Below are positions 18,343 through 27,666 of a stretch of DNA of 64,000 nt, one piece after another. The stretch comes from an uncultured Syntrophaceae bacterium (lineage in GTDB: Bacteria; Desulfobacterota; Syntrophia; Syntrophales; UBA2210), in the NCBI GenBank assembly GCA_964540715.1, contig CAZINZ010000001.1, positions 21,806-85,805 on the forward strand. The letters are read 5' to 3'. Under the pieces are notes generated by a model. It worked only from the letters and a program-made list of their open reading frames with translations. It was not told the DNA's origin and ran no database searches. Position 1 is the stretch's first letter. Each line of letters begins with the position of its first letter. The position numbers were made by a program, and so were the translations under genes.

Positions 18343-18486
18343 CATGTAAAATTCAACATTCACCATTCAACATCTACGATGAGAAAATCAGGAATGGTTA
18401 CCTCTTTTCCTAACCCCGATAAACGGGATAAGTGCGTTAACGAAATTATTTTCTGCCAAAGAACGCAGAAAGTAATTTCTAACTTT

Positions 18487-19140
18487 CTAATGTGCCTCCT
18501 CCATCGCGAGTTGTATATAGATCATCGACAACATGATAAAGACCAGGGTCTGGATGGCGGATGTAAAGATCATAAGCACAAAAACCGGAAGCGGAACGAG
18601 GAAGGGAACCAGCATCAGGACGATTGCCAGTACGAGATCCTCACCCATAATGTTCCCGAACAACCGCACTGAGAGAGAAATCGGTCGTGCGAGATGACTC
18701 ACGAGTTCGATGGGCAGCATAATGGGAGTCATCCACCAGACAGGCCCCATGAACTGCTTTACATACTTGAAACCGTGTACCCAGATTCCCACTATATGCG
18801 TCATAACAAACACGACCAGCGCCATGGAAACGGTGGTATTGAGGTTGCTTGTCGGCGACTCAAACCCGGGGATAAGGCCCAGCAGGTTGGCGGTTATAAT
18901 AAAGAGGGCAGATGTCGCTATCAGTGGGAAAAATCTGAGGCCAGTAGGTCCCATGACATCAAACATCAAATTCTTGATGCCCCCCAAAATTACTTCAAAC
19001 ACATGTTGCAATCTTCCGGGATATATGCTGAGTTTCCGAGTCGCCAAGAAAGAGAACAGGGCCAGCAACAGCATAACAACCCAAGTATACGTCACATGAG
19101 GTGGAAGGGGGATTTTACCTAAAAATAATAAGGGATGCAT
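18487..19140 (-). CDS. atpB: F-type ATP synthase subunit a
   Basis: 217 aa containing LPIELVSHLARPISLSVRLFGNIMGED, the conserved Arg helix of subunit a. Confidence 0.9.
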   Translation of the reverse strand: MHPLLFLGKIPLPPHVTYTWVVMLLLALFSFLATRKLSIYPGRLQHVFEVILGGIKNLMFDVMGPTGLRFFPLIATSALFIITANLLGLIPGFESPTSNLNTTVSMALVVFVMTHIVGIWVHGFKYVKQFMGPVWWMTPIMLPIELVSHLARPISLSVRLFGNIMGEDLVLAIVLMLVPFLVPLPVFVLMIFTSAIQTLVFIMLSMIYIQLAMEEAH

Positions 19141-19157
19141 TTTTCTTTTTGAACCTC

Positions 19158-19541
19158 CTATAATAATGGGTTTTTCAAATTTGTGCCTATAACTGTTACT
19201 ATGACATTTATCACAACCAGCGAAAGGCCGAGCAGAAGCCCGAAGACATCAACCGGAGCCCTGGTTATGACAAAAAAAAGCACAACTCCCGTAACAATGA
19301 ACCTGATATAATATTTTGCCATCATAAAGGGCTTTGCCCTGTGTGCGTGCTTCAGAAAGGTGCCCCGCAGATCCCTCGAGAGCCAGTAAAAATTTACTAT
19401 ACTAATAAACCCTCCCAGCAGCACCCCCAGCGTAAATCTCCCCGGCAGGAACAGAAAACTGACTGCAAGGAGCACACCGAGCACCACCCAGTTCCCTCTC
19501 TCAATGTTTCTCTGCATGATGGTTTTTTTTATGTCGACCAT
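19158..19541 (-). CDS. atpI: ATP synthase subunit I-like membrane protein
   Basis: 127 aa with 4 hydrophobic segments, positioned directly upstream of atpB. The start may be the internal MQRNIERGNW (19517). Confidence 0.6.
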   Translation of the reverse strand: MVDIKKTIMQRNIERGNWVVLGVLLAVSFLFLPGRFTLGVLLGGFISIVNFYWLSRDLRGTFLKHAHRAKPFMMAKYYIRFIVTGVVLFFVITRAPVDVFGLLLGLSLVVINVIVTVIGTNLKNPLL

Positions 19542-19791
19542 CGTCTACAGCCTCATCCGGGCTTTTCTCCTTATCGGGAAAGGTGCTCTTAATAAAAAGA
19601 TAAAAATTCCTGAAGCCGGCGGCAACACCTATCAACAAAAACAGGGGGGTAAAAATATTATCCGTCCCTAGCTTCTTGTCAAGATACACACCGATCATGA
19701 GACAGCCAAAGATCGCGATAACCATGGCAAGACCAAGGCTCGCGGCATATCCCATCTGGAACGCCATCTTCTTTTTACTGCCTTCACCCAT
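19501..19791 (-). CDS. atpZ: AtpZ/AtpR-type small membrane protein
   Basis: MAFQMGYAASLGLAMVIAIFGCLMIGVYLDKKLGT..FTPLFLLIGVAAGFRNFY matches the AtpZ (PF09527-like) pattern. The start was chosen at MGEGSKKK. Confidence 0.6.
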   Translation of the reverse strand: MGEGSKKKMAFQMGYAASLGLAMVIAIFGCLMIGVYLDKKLGTDNIFTPLFLLIGVAAGFRNFYLFIKSTFPDKEKSPDEAVDDGRHKKNHHAEKH

Positions 19792-19872
19792 TGCCGAGCC
19801 GCCTATAACACAGAGGTTTTGTGAAGTCAATCTATATTGAGGGAATCTGTATCAAGAGATCCGGACCCCATA

Positions 19873-20319
19873 TCACAGCCTGAATCTCGCATCGATCTTC
19901 AATCTGCGTTTAACTGGCATGCTTACAATATTGCTGATGCCAGTATCCTTCGAAATATCCGACAGCGACTTTTCAATCTCATTTTTAGTGGGCGCTATAA
20001 ACGTGAACCACACATTATATTCATAGGCCCTCAGGTAATTGTGGGTGACACCCCTGTAAGAATTGACAACATCCACAAACTGTTCAAGCCTGTCGGTGGG
20101 CACCTTCGCGGCACACAACGTACTCGTGAAACCAAGATTCCCGGTATCAAAAACAGCGCCTATCCTGCGGATAATGCCTTCATTTTTAAGCCTCCCGACA
20201 CGTTCCAGGGCATCGTCTTCATCGATACCAACAAGCTTTCCAATGGTCCTGAACGGCCTGGCGTCAAGGGGAAACCCTTCCTGTATTATGTTGAGAATTT
20301 CCCTGTCTAAACGATCCAT
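19873..20319 (-). CDS. siroheme decarboxylase subunit (AhbA/AhbB, Lrp/AsnC-like NirD/H family)
   Basis: 148 aa: LDREILNIIQEGFPLDARPFRTIGKLVGIDEDDALERVGRLKNEGIIRRIGAVFD...VTHNYLR...NVWFT. It is a paralog of the gene at 26078-26572. Confidence 0.75.
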   Translation of the reverse strand: MDRLDREILNIIQEGFPLDARPFRTIGKLVGIDEDDALERVGRLKNEGIIRRIGAVFDTGNLGFTSTLCAAKVPTDRLEQFVDVVNSYRGVTHNYLRAYEYNVWFTFIAPTKNEIEKSLSDISKDTGISNIVSMPVKRRLKIDARFRL

Positions 20320-20437
20320 AATAACTTCACGTTCACTTTTTCACACCTTAACCTCTATTCCTTTTTAGACTTTTAAAGGACACGGCATGTATCATTTTTA
20401 CCAATTTTCACATTCTCATGGGCTGACCGGTTTTTTC

Positions 20438-21577
20438 TTATACGCGATATCCTGTCATTATTTTCTCGATAACATAATCCTGCATCTCAGTGGTTAGTTC
20501 CGGATATATCGGCAGAGCGAGGGTGTGTTCCGCAGCGTATTCGCTGTTGGGAAAATCGCCCGCTTGATAGCCCAGGTACTGGAAACACTTCTGTTTGTGG
20601 AAGGGTACGGGATAGTATATTTCTGTGCCTATGTTGTTCTTCGCAAGATATTCTCGCAGTTCATCCCTTCGATTCATGACTGATATGACGTACTGGTTGT
20701 AGATATGATATTCTCTCTTGAAGACAATTGTGGGGGTTTTTACGCCTTTGATATTCATATTTTTATCGTAGTAGGCGGCATTCCCCTGTCTCATTGAATG
20801 CCATTTGTCGAGGTAAGACAATTTTACCGAAAGAATCGCCGCCTGTATCGGATCAAGCCGGAAGTTGCCTCCGATCAGCTCGTGGTAGTATTTCGGGTTG
20901 GCGCCATGGTTTCTGTGTTTCTTCAGTTTTTCATAAATGTTCGCATCTTTTGTAACAACCATCCCGCCATCGCCCATACCGCCAAGATTCTTGCTGGGGA
21001 AAAATGAAAAACAGCCAATTGTTCCCATGCTGCCGGCTTTTTTTTCTCCGTATTTTGAGGGATATCCAGCGCCGATTGCCTGAGCCGCGTCTTCAATGAC
21101 AGGAATGTTGTGTTGCTGCGCAATTTCAAGAATCGGGTCCATGTCCGCGCACTGCCCGTAGAGATGCACGGGGATTATTGCCTTTACCTTGCCAATCTTT
21201 TCCTTGCTTGCTCCAAACCAACGGCTCAGGGCGTCCGGGCTTAGATTATATGTGTCGGGCTCTATGTCAACGAACACGGGGGTCGCGCTAAGCCTTGCGA
21301 TAACGCCTGCCGTGGCGAAAAAGGAAAATGGTGTTGTGATGACGATATCGCCGGGGCCGACATCCAGTGTCATAAGAGAAATCAGCAGGGCATCGGTACC
21401 GGAAGAGACTCCCGTTGCGTATTTCGCACCCGTATACTCCGCGATCTGTTCTTCCAGCTCCGCGACTTTGGGACCCATGATATAATGGGTCGAATCAATA
21501 ACATCATTTACAGCATCCTTTACTTCTTTTTCAATTGCCTTTAATTGCTGCTTCAGGTCGAGTAACGGAACTTTCAC
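20438..21577 (-). CDS. DegT/DnrJ/EryC1/StrS-family nucleotide-sugar aminotransferase
   Basis: 379 aa with VPLLDLKQQ, GVSSGTDALLISL, FSFFPSKNLGGMGDGG (PLP-Lys region) and RNHG. Confidence 0.85.
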   Translation of the reverse strand: MKVPLLDLKQQLKAIEKEVKDAVNDVIDSTHYIMGPKVAELEEQIAEYTGAKYATGVSSGTDALLISLMTLDVGPGDIVITTPFSFFATAGVIARLSATPVFVDIEPDTYNLSPDALSRWFGASKEKIGKVKAIIPVHLYGQCADMDPILEIAQQHNIPVIEDAAQAIGAGYPSKYGEKKAGSMGTIGCFSFFPSKNLGGMGDGGMVVTKDANIYEKLKKHRNHGANPKYYHELIGGNFRLDPIQAAILSVKLSYLDKWHSMRQGNAAYYDKNMNIKGVKTPTIVFKREYHIYNQYVISVMNRRDELREYLAKNNIGTEIYYPVPFHKQKCFQYLGYQAGDFPNSEYAAEHTLALPIYPELTTEMQDYVIEKIMTGYRV

Positions 21578-21579
21578 TT

Positions 21580-22572
21580 TTACTCCTTTCCTTCCTGAAA
21601 ATATTGTATTGTTTTCTTGAGGCCTTCTTCAAGATCGGTCTTCGGTTTCCATCCAAGTTTTTCTGTGGCCAGGGAAATGTCCGGCTGCCTCTGCCTGGGA
21701 TCGTCCTGCGGGAGAGGTTGAAAAATAATCTTTGAATCTGAACCTGTGATTTCGATAATCTTTCTGGCGAGTTCAAGGATGGTAAATTCGCCGGGATTCC
21801 CCAGGTTTACGGGACCGATAAAGTCATCGGAACCATTCATCATCCGAATCATGCCTTCTATCAGATCATCTACATAGCAGAAGGATCTTGTCTGGGTTCC
21901 GTCGCCAAAGATTGTTATATCCTGATTCTTAAGGGCCTGGACGATGAAGTTGCTGACTACCCGGCCGTCGTCCGGTCGCATCCTCGGCCCGTAGGTATTA
22001 AATATCCGGATCACCCTGATGTTTACATTATTCTGCCGGTGGTAGTCAAAGAAGAGGGTCTCGGCACAGCGCTTGCCCTCGTCATAACAGGATCTTATGC
22101 CGATGGTGTTGACGTTGCCCCAGTAGTCCTCCTTCTGAGGATGAACAGCGGGATCTCCGTAGATCTCACTGGTGGAGGCCTGCAGGATCCTGGCGTTCAC
22201 CCGTTTTGCCAGTCCCAGCATGTGAATGGCGCCCATGACACTGGTCTTGACGGTCTTCACCGGGTTGTACTGATAGTGGATGGGCGAGGCGGGGCAGGCC
22301 AGATTATATATCTCGTCCACTTCAAGGAAGATGGGCTGTGCCAGATCGTGGCGTATCAGCTCGAAGTTAGACCTGCCAAGCAGATGCGCTACGTTTTGTT
22401 TCCCGCCGGTGAAAAAATTGTCGAGACACAAAACGTCATGTCCTTCATCAACGAGGCGATCACAAAGATGCGAGCCAAGAAATCCGGCGCCCCCGGTAAC
22501 GAGAATGCGATTTTGCACAATTTCTCCTTTCACTCGATCTACTGATACGTTGAACCCTCCCGGTAGCTGCAT
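21580..22572 (-). CDS. UDP-glucuronate decarboxylase (UDP-xylose synthase-like SDR)
   Basis: [63 protein letters not shown]. Confidence 0.85.
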   Translation of the reverse strand: MQLPGGFNVSVDRVKGEIVQNRILVTGGAGFLGSHLCDRLVDEGHDVLCLDNFFTGGKQNVAHLLGRSNFELIRHDLAQPIFLEVDEIYNLACPASPIHYQYNPVKTVKTSVMGAIHMLGLAKRVNARILQASTSEIYGDPAVHPQKEDYWGNVNTIGIRSCYDEGKRCAETLFFDYHRQNNVNIRVIRIFNTYGPRMRPDDGRVVSNFIVQALKNQDITIFGDGTQTRSFCYVDDLIEGMIRMMNGSDDFIGPVNLGNPGEFTILELARKIIEITGSDSKIIFQPLPQDDPRQRQPDISLATEKLGWKPKTDLEEGLKKTIQYFQEGKE

Positions 22573-22587
22573 CCGGTCGGTAGATAA

Positions 22588-23643
22588 TCAAACATTATTA
22601 ACATACCATTCATAAGTCTTTTCCACGCCTTTCTCAAGAGAAATGCCTGCCTTCCAGCCTTTGCCTCCAATTCTGGTGATGTCGAGCAGTTTCTTCGGGG
22701 TTCCATCCGGTTTTGTGTTGTCCCATTCGATCCGGCCTTTGTAGCCTGTAATCTGTGATATCATGTCCGCGAGTTCATTTAAGGTTATGTCTTTCCCGGC
22801 CCCGATATTGATAAATTCACCGGTGTTGTTCGCGTCATAATTTTCCATGAGGAAAACGCAGGCATCGGACATATCATCCGCATAGAGAAATTCTCTCCGT
22901 GGAGCTCCGGTTCCCCACAGCATCACTTTATCGGCATGAATACCGAAACCTGCGAGATGTTTTGTTATCAACTCCCGGCCAGCGGTTGAATCCTCCGGCA
23001 GTTTGTTCCCATATTTCTCAAGGTCGTTATTAATGGCTATGTAATCTTTTTGAGAAAGGAGCTTCGCGAGGTGCAGCTTGCGTATCAAAGCGGGGAGAGC
23101 ATGTGATGTTTCAAGATCGAAATTGTCATTCAGGCCGTAGAGATTTGTGGGCATGACGGACATGAAATTTGTCCCGTACTGCTCGTTATAATATCTGCAC
23201 AGTTTTATCGCTGCAATCTTTGCTATGGCATAGGGTTCGTTTGTCGGTTCCAGTTCCGATGTCAAAAGATATTCTTCCTTCAGTGGCTGTGGGGCACCTC
23301 TCGGATAGATGCAGGAAGAACCGAGGTTCAGGAGCTTTTTGACTCCGCATTTATAAGATGCATGGATCACGTTGGCAGCTATCATCAGATTTTCATAAAT
23401 AAACTGGGCCTTATAAGTACTGTTGGCCAGTATGCCCCCGACCTTTGCCGCACACAGGAAAACGAACTCAGGCCGCTCCTTTTCGAAAAAGTCTTCAACA
23501 TCCTGCTGCCTCATGAGATCAAGCTCGCCATGAGATCTACAAATAAGATTTTTGCAGCCCTTCGCCTCAAGCCTTCTCCTGATAGCTGAACCCACCATGC
23601 CGCGGTGGCCGGCGATGTATATCTTGTGGTTTCTCCGGTTCAT
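22588..23643 (-). CDS. fcl: GDP-L-fucose synthase
   Basis: IYIAGHRGMVGSAI, AAKVGGI, GSSCIYP, YAIAKIAAIKLC, PTNLYG. Confidence 0.85.
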   Translation of the reverse strand: MNRRNHKIYIAGHRGMVGSAIRRRLEAKGCKNLICRSHGELDLMRQQDVEDFFEKERPEFVFLCAAKVGGILANSTYKAQFIYENLMIAANVIHASYKCGVKKLLNLGSSCIYPRGAPQPLKEEYLLTSELEPTNEPYAIAKIAAIKLCRYYNEQYGTNFMSVMPTNLYGLNDNFDLETSHALPALIRKLHLAKLLSQKDYIAINNDLEKYGNKLPEDSTAGRELITKHLAGFGIHADKVMLWGTGAPRREFLYADDMSDACVFLMENYDANNTGEFINIGAGKDITLNELADMISQITGYKGRIEWDNTKPDGTPKKLLDITRIGGKGWKAGISLEKGVEKTYEWYVNNV

Positions 23644-23725
23644 TCGGTGTATCCCTTCGCCAACTAATTCTCCATTTCGCTAAACATCATTAGCTTCTGA
23701 GGTTTCTCACACAAACATCAACAAG

Positions 23726-24760
23726 CTAAGATGTGACCCACTGTCTATACCACTCTATGAATCTTTTTATTCCCTCGTCTATCGGCGTTGATGGTTTGAA
23801 ACCCGCGTCTCTTATCAGGTCATCCACATCGGCAAATGTCGCGGGGACATCTCCCTGCTGGAGGGGAAGCATGTTCTTTTCCGCCTTCATGCCGAGGGCG
23901 TTTTCAATGGTCTCGATGAACTTCATAAGTTCAACGGGGTTGTTGTTCCCGATGTTGTATATCCTGTATGGCGCGAAGCTCGTTCCGGGGTCCGGCCTGT
24001 CGCCGCTCCAGTCAGCGTCCGGCGCCGGAATCCGGTTCATTACCCTGACAATGCCTTCAATTATGTCGTCGATATAAGTGAAGTCCCTCTTCATCTTGCC
24101 ATGATTATAGACATCTATCGGCCTCTTGTTAAGAATGGCGTCGGTGAAGAGGAAGAGGGCCATATCGGGTCTTCCCCAGGGGCCGTATACCGTAAAGAAC
24201 CGCAGGCCGGTACACGGGATTTTGTAGAGAGCAGCGTAAGAGTGCGCCATGAGTTCATTCGCTTTTTTCGTGGCGGCGTAGAGACTTACCGGATGATCAA
24301 CATTCTGGTACACTGAAAATGGCATCGTGGTGTTAGCGCCATAAACGGAACTGGACGAGGCGAATACAAGGTGCGGCACACTTGCATGGCGGCAGCCTTC
24401 GAGGATATTGATAAAGCCGACAAGGTTGCTCTCCACATACGCGTGCGGATTTTCAAGACTGTACCGCACACCCGCCTGGGCGGCCAGGTGAACGACTCTG
24501 TCAAATGCGTGATCGGCGAAGAGCTTCCTTATCCCTTCCCGGTCGGATAGATCAAGCCGAACAAAACGAAATTTGTCAAATGGTTTCAGAATATCAAGAC
24601 GCGCCTCTTTAAGACTCACATCGTAATAATTGTTAAGATTGTCAAGACCAATGACATCATACCCGTCATCGAGAAGACGCCTGCACAGATGAAAACCTAT
24701 GAAACCGGCGACGCCTGTAACAAGAATGTGATTTTCAATGTTCGATTTTGAATCATTCAT
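23726..24760 (-). CDS. NAD-dependent nucleotide-sugar epimerase (UDP-glucuronate 4-epimerase-like)
   Basis: [71 protein letters not shown]. Confidence 0.8.
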   Translation of the reverse strand: MNDSKSNIENHILVTGVAGFIGFHLCRRLLDDGYDVIGLDNLNNYYDVSLKEARLDILKPFDKFRFVRLDLSDREGIRKLFADHAFDRVVHLAAQAGVRYSLENPHAYVESNLVGFINILEGCRHASVPHLVFASSSSVYGANTTMPFSVYQNVDHPVSLYAATKKANELMAHSYAALYKIPCTGLRFFTVYGPWGRPDMALFLFTDAILNKRPIDVYNHGKMKRDFTYIDDIIEGIVRVMNRIPAPDADWSGDRPDPGTSFAPYRIYNIGNNNPVELMKFIETIENALGMKAEKNMLPLQQGDVPATFADVDDLIRDAGFKPSTPIDEGIKRFIEWYRQWVTS

Positions 24761-24817
24761 TTGAAATCCCGTGACTGCAATTATTCATGTTAAATAGATG
24801 ACAGCAATTATTTCACG

Positions 24818-26077
24818 CTACGAAAATGCCGTCAAGGTTGCATCTATGTCTTCATCGGTATGAGCGAGGGAGACAAATGAGGCCTCAAACTGCGAAGGGG
24901 CAATCATAACTCCCTTCTCCCGCATATTTCCGAAATGGCGCGCAAACAGTATTGTATCGCCCTTCGCGGCTGTGGCAAAGTCGGTGACGTCCTCTCCGGT
25001 AAAGAACAGGGTGAACATGGACCCCACCCTGTTTATCCGGTATGAAATCTTCTTTTCTTCAAGTATCCGTTTGATCCCGTCACACAGGCGTTCCGTTTTT
25101 TCCTCAAGCTCATCGTATACCCCCGGCTCCCGCAGGCAGTCGAGGGTCGCGATGCCAGCCGCCATGGCGAGGGGGTTCCCCGAGAGGGTACCGGCCTGGT
25201 ACACCGGCCCTGTCGGGGCCAGCTTCTCCATTATATCCCTTCTGCCGCCAAATGCTCCAACGGGAAGGCCGCCGCCGATAATTTTTCCGAGACATGTCAG
25301 ATCCGGGCTGATGTTGAGAATATTCTGAAAACCACCATACGTCAGCCTGAAACCGGTAATCACCTCGTCAAATATCAATACAATGTCTCTCTCAAAGGTA
25401 ATCTCACGCAACCCCTCAAGAAATCCCGGGACCGGTGGAACAACGCCCATGTTTCCGGCAACCGGTTCAACGATGACGCACGCGATTTCATCACCATACA
25501 GGTCCACCGCAGATCTTGCAGCCTCAATATCGTTATAGGGAACCGTGATCGTCAGTTTCGCGAGCTCTTCAGGCACACCTGGGCTGCCGGGGATGCCCAG
25601 TGTCGCGACGCCTGATCCCGCCTTTACCAGAAGTGAATCGGCATGGCCATGGTAGCACCCCTCGAATTTTATGATCCTGTTTCTTTTTGTGTATCCACGC
25701 GCAAGTCTGATCGCACTCATCGTGGCTTCGGTCCCGGAACTGACCATCCGCACCATATCGATCGACGGGATTGCATCGACAATACGTCTCGCCATTTCGA
25801 TTTCCATCTCCGTCGGAGCACCGTAACTCGTACCCCTGCCGGCGGCCTGCCGTATCGCATCCACCACCGCCGGACAGGCGTGTCCGAGGATCATCGGCCC
25901 CCACGAACCAATGTAGTCGATATATTCCATTCCATCAACATCATACACCTTCGATCCGGAGGCTCTGCTTATAAATAACGGACTGGATCCGACCGATCCG
26001 CAGGCGCGCACGGGACTGTTCACTCCGCCGGGAATGTACCTCCGGGCCTCCTGGAAAAGTGATCCGGATATATCCAT
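24818..26077 (-). CDS. hemL: glutamate-1-semialdehyde 2,1-aminomutase
   Basis: 419 aa with [31 protein letters not shown] and [16 protein letters not shown]. Confidence 0.95.
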   Translation of the reverse strand: MDISGSLFQEARRYIPGGVNSPVRACGSVGSSPLFISRASGSKVYDVDGMEYIDYIGSWGPMILGHACPAVVDAIRQAAGRGTSYGAPTEMEIEMARRIVDAIPSIDMVRMVSSGTEATMSAIRLARGYTKRNRIIKFEGCYHGHADSLLVKAGSGVATLGIPGSPGVPEELAKLTITVPYNDIEAARSAVDLYGDEIACVIVEPVAGNMGVVPPVPGFLEGLREITFERDIVLIFDEVITGFRLTYGGFQNILNISPDLTCLGKIIGGGLPVGAFGGRRDIMEKLAPTGPVYQAGTLSGNPLAMAAGIATLDCLREPGVYDELEEKTERLCDGIKRILEEKKISYRINRVGSMFTLFFTGEDVTDFATAAKGDTILFARHFGNMREKGVMIAPSQFEASFVSLAHTDEDIDATLTAFS

Positions 26078-26572
26078 CTAAAAGTACTCCATACTGCTTT
26101 TTTTGAATTCCTTGAGACTCCTGAGAATTTTGAATTTCCCGATGCCGATGGCCGAGGCGACGTCGTCCGTAAATCGCTCCATCCCGTCTTTCTCTGAGGT
26201 CTCTTCGAGATCCTCCCCGGCCAGATGCACCATCGTGAAGATGTTATATACGCCCTCAAGCGGAGGCGTTCTCTCATAGCAATGGCTAATCTCCCTGTAT
26301 GACGCCAACAGTGCGCCCGTCTCTTTACATCTCTCTTCCGGAACGGCCCAGACGACCATGGCATTCTCGGCGAAACCCGCTTTCTGGTGCCTCAGAACCG
26401 CGCCGAATCTGCGCATGATTCCCCTCTCTTTCAATCCTTTCAATCCATCGATGACATCGTTTTCACTTATTCCGATTCTTTTCCCGATAGTGTCAAAAGG
26501 TCTTCTATCAAGAGGGATATTTCCCTGTACCTCCTGTGCGACTCTTTTGTCCCTATCTGTTATTACAGCCAT
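26078..26572 (-). CDS. siroheme decarboxylase subunit (second AhbA/AhbB paralog)
   Basis: ITDRDKRVAQEVQGNIPLDRRPFDTIGKRIGISENDVIDGLKGLKERGIMRRFGAVL...ISHCYER...YNIFTMVH. The start was chosen at MAVITD (26572). Its stop abuts the hemL ATG. Confidence 0.75.
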   Translation of the reverse strand: MAVITDRDKRVAQEVQGNIPLDRRPFDTIGKRIGISENDVIDGLKGLKERGIMRRFGAVLRHQKAGFAENAMVVWAVPEERCKETGALLASYREISHCYERTPPLEGVYNIFTMVHLAGEDLEETSEKDGMERFTDDVASAIGIGKFKILRSLKEFKKSSMEYF

Positions 26573-26781
26573 AATTCCCTGCTTCCCGATTGGTCCTCTT
26601 CCGCAGTCTCCATACCACATGCGGATATTTTTGACAAATTTTCCTTGACAACTGCTGCCTTCACTATTAGATATACTGGGTTGTTTTTTCACGTTAATCC
26701 TATCCCTGCGAATAAAGAGAGTCTGAGACAGGATCGTATCATGGGGAAATCGGCAAATATTATATTTGGAGGTATTTTGGT

Positions 26782-27153
26782 ATGAGAAAATCTTTAAAAG
26801 GCATCACTGTTTTTATGATCAGCGTGGGGCTTCTGCTTGTAACCGCCGCTATCGCGGTCGCAGCTGAGGCTTCCCCCGACACCATTGCCAATAATAAGGC
26901 TCTGGTAGTAGCGTGCAGTGTTATCGCCGCCGCTATTGTTATGGGGATAGGCGCACTTGGACCAGGACTGGGAATGGGACAGGCAACTGGCGGCGCTTCA
27001 AACGCAGTCAGCAGGAATCCCGACGCTCAGGGTAAGATTATGCTTACGATGCTGGTCGGCATGGCAATGACAGAATCCATCGCTATCTACGCCCTGGTGG
27101 TGGCACTGGTTATAGTCTACGCCAACCCTCTGCTCAAATTAATAGCTGGATAA
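26782..27153 (+). CDS. atpE: F-type ATP synthase subunit c paralog 2 with a signal-peptide-like N-terminal extension
   Basis: MRKSLKGITVFMISVGLLLVTAAIAVA-AE is followed by GALGPGLGMGQATGG, an SRNPDAQGK loop and MAMTESIAIYALVVALVIVYANPL. The SD is GGAGG. Confidence 0.85.
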   Translation: MRKSLKGITVFMISVGLLLVTAAIAVAAEASPDTIANNKALVVACSVIAAAIVMGIGALGPGLGMGQATGGASNAVSRNPDAQGKIMLTMLVGMAMTESIAIYALVVALVIVYANPLLKLIAG

Positions 27154-27175
27154 TCTTTTTACCAGGTCTTAATCG

Positions 27176-27220
27176 AAAAAGGGGAGGAACGAATAAAAAG
27201 TGTTTCTCCCCTTTTTTATT
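27176..27220. terminator. bidirectional terminator between atpE paralog 2 and the arfB-like gene
   Basis: GGGGAG(g)AAC ... GTT(t)CTCCCC followed by TTTTTTATT, with an A-run upstream. Confidence 0.65.
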
Positions 27221-27614
27221 CAATCTTTGAGCGCAGGGCCTTTTTCTCAGACTGTAGGTGTTTCAGTTTTAGCACCTTTTCCTTTGCCTTCTTTGATCGT
27301 CTTCTCTTCTGCCGTTTTATCTTCTCAATCTTCTGGCGCTGCAGGCTTGCCTTACCCTTCTTTATCCGCTCTATTCTGTCAAGCAGAATGCGCCTCGCAA
27401 GAAATCTATTCAGTTCACGGGAGCGCTCCTGCTGACACTTTACAGAAAGTCCAGTCGGAATATGCACGAGAAACACGCATGAGGACGTCTTGTTTACCTT
27501 CTGCCCCCCCGGGCCGGACGCCCTGATAAAAGTCTCTCGCAGGTCCTCCTCTTTTACACCCAGTTCCTCCATACGCAAGGAAAGTGAATCTTCTTTTTGC
27601 AGGGATACAACCAT
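27216..27614 (-). CDS. arfB: ArfB/ICT1-like peptidyl-tRNA hydrolase (RF-1 domain, GGQ)
   Basis: 132 aa with RASGPGGQKVNKTSSCV and a long Lys/Arg-rich C-terminal tail. Confidence 0.75.
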   Translation of the reverse strand: MVVSLQKEDSLSLRMEELGVKEEDLRETFIRASGPGGQKVNKTSSCVFLVHIPTGLSVKCQQERSRELNRFLARRILLDRIERIKKGKASLQRQKIEKIKRQKRRRSKKAKEKVLKLKHLQSEKKALRSKIE

Positions 27615-27666
27615 ATCCTAACAATAATCCTCGGGTAAGACGTAAAAAGAAGGCCATTGGACGTCT

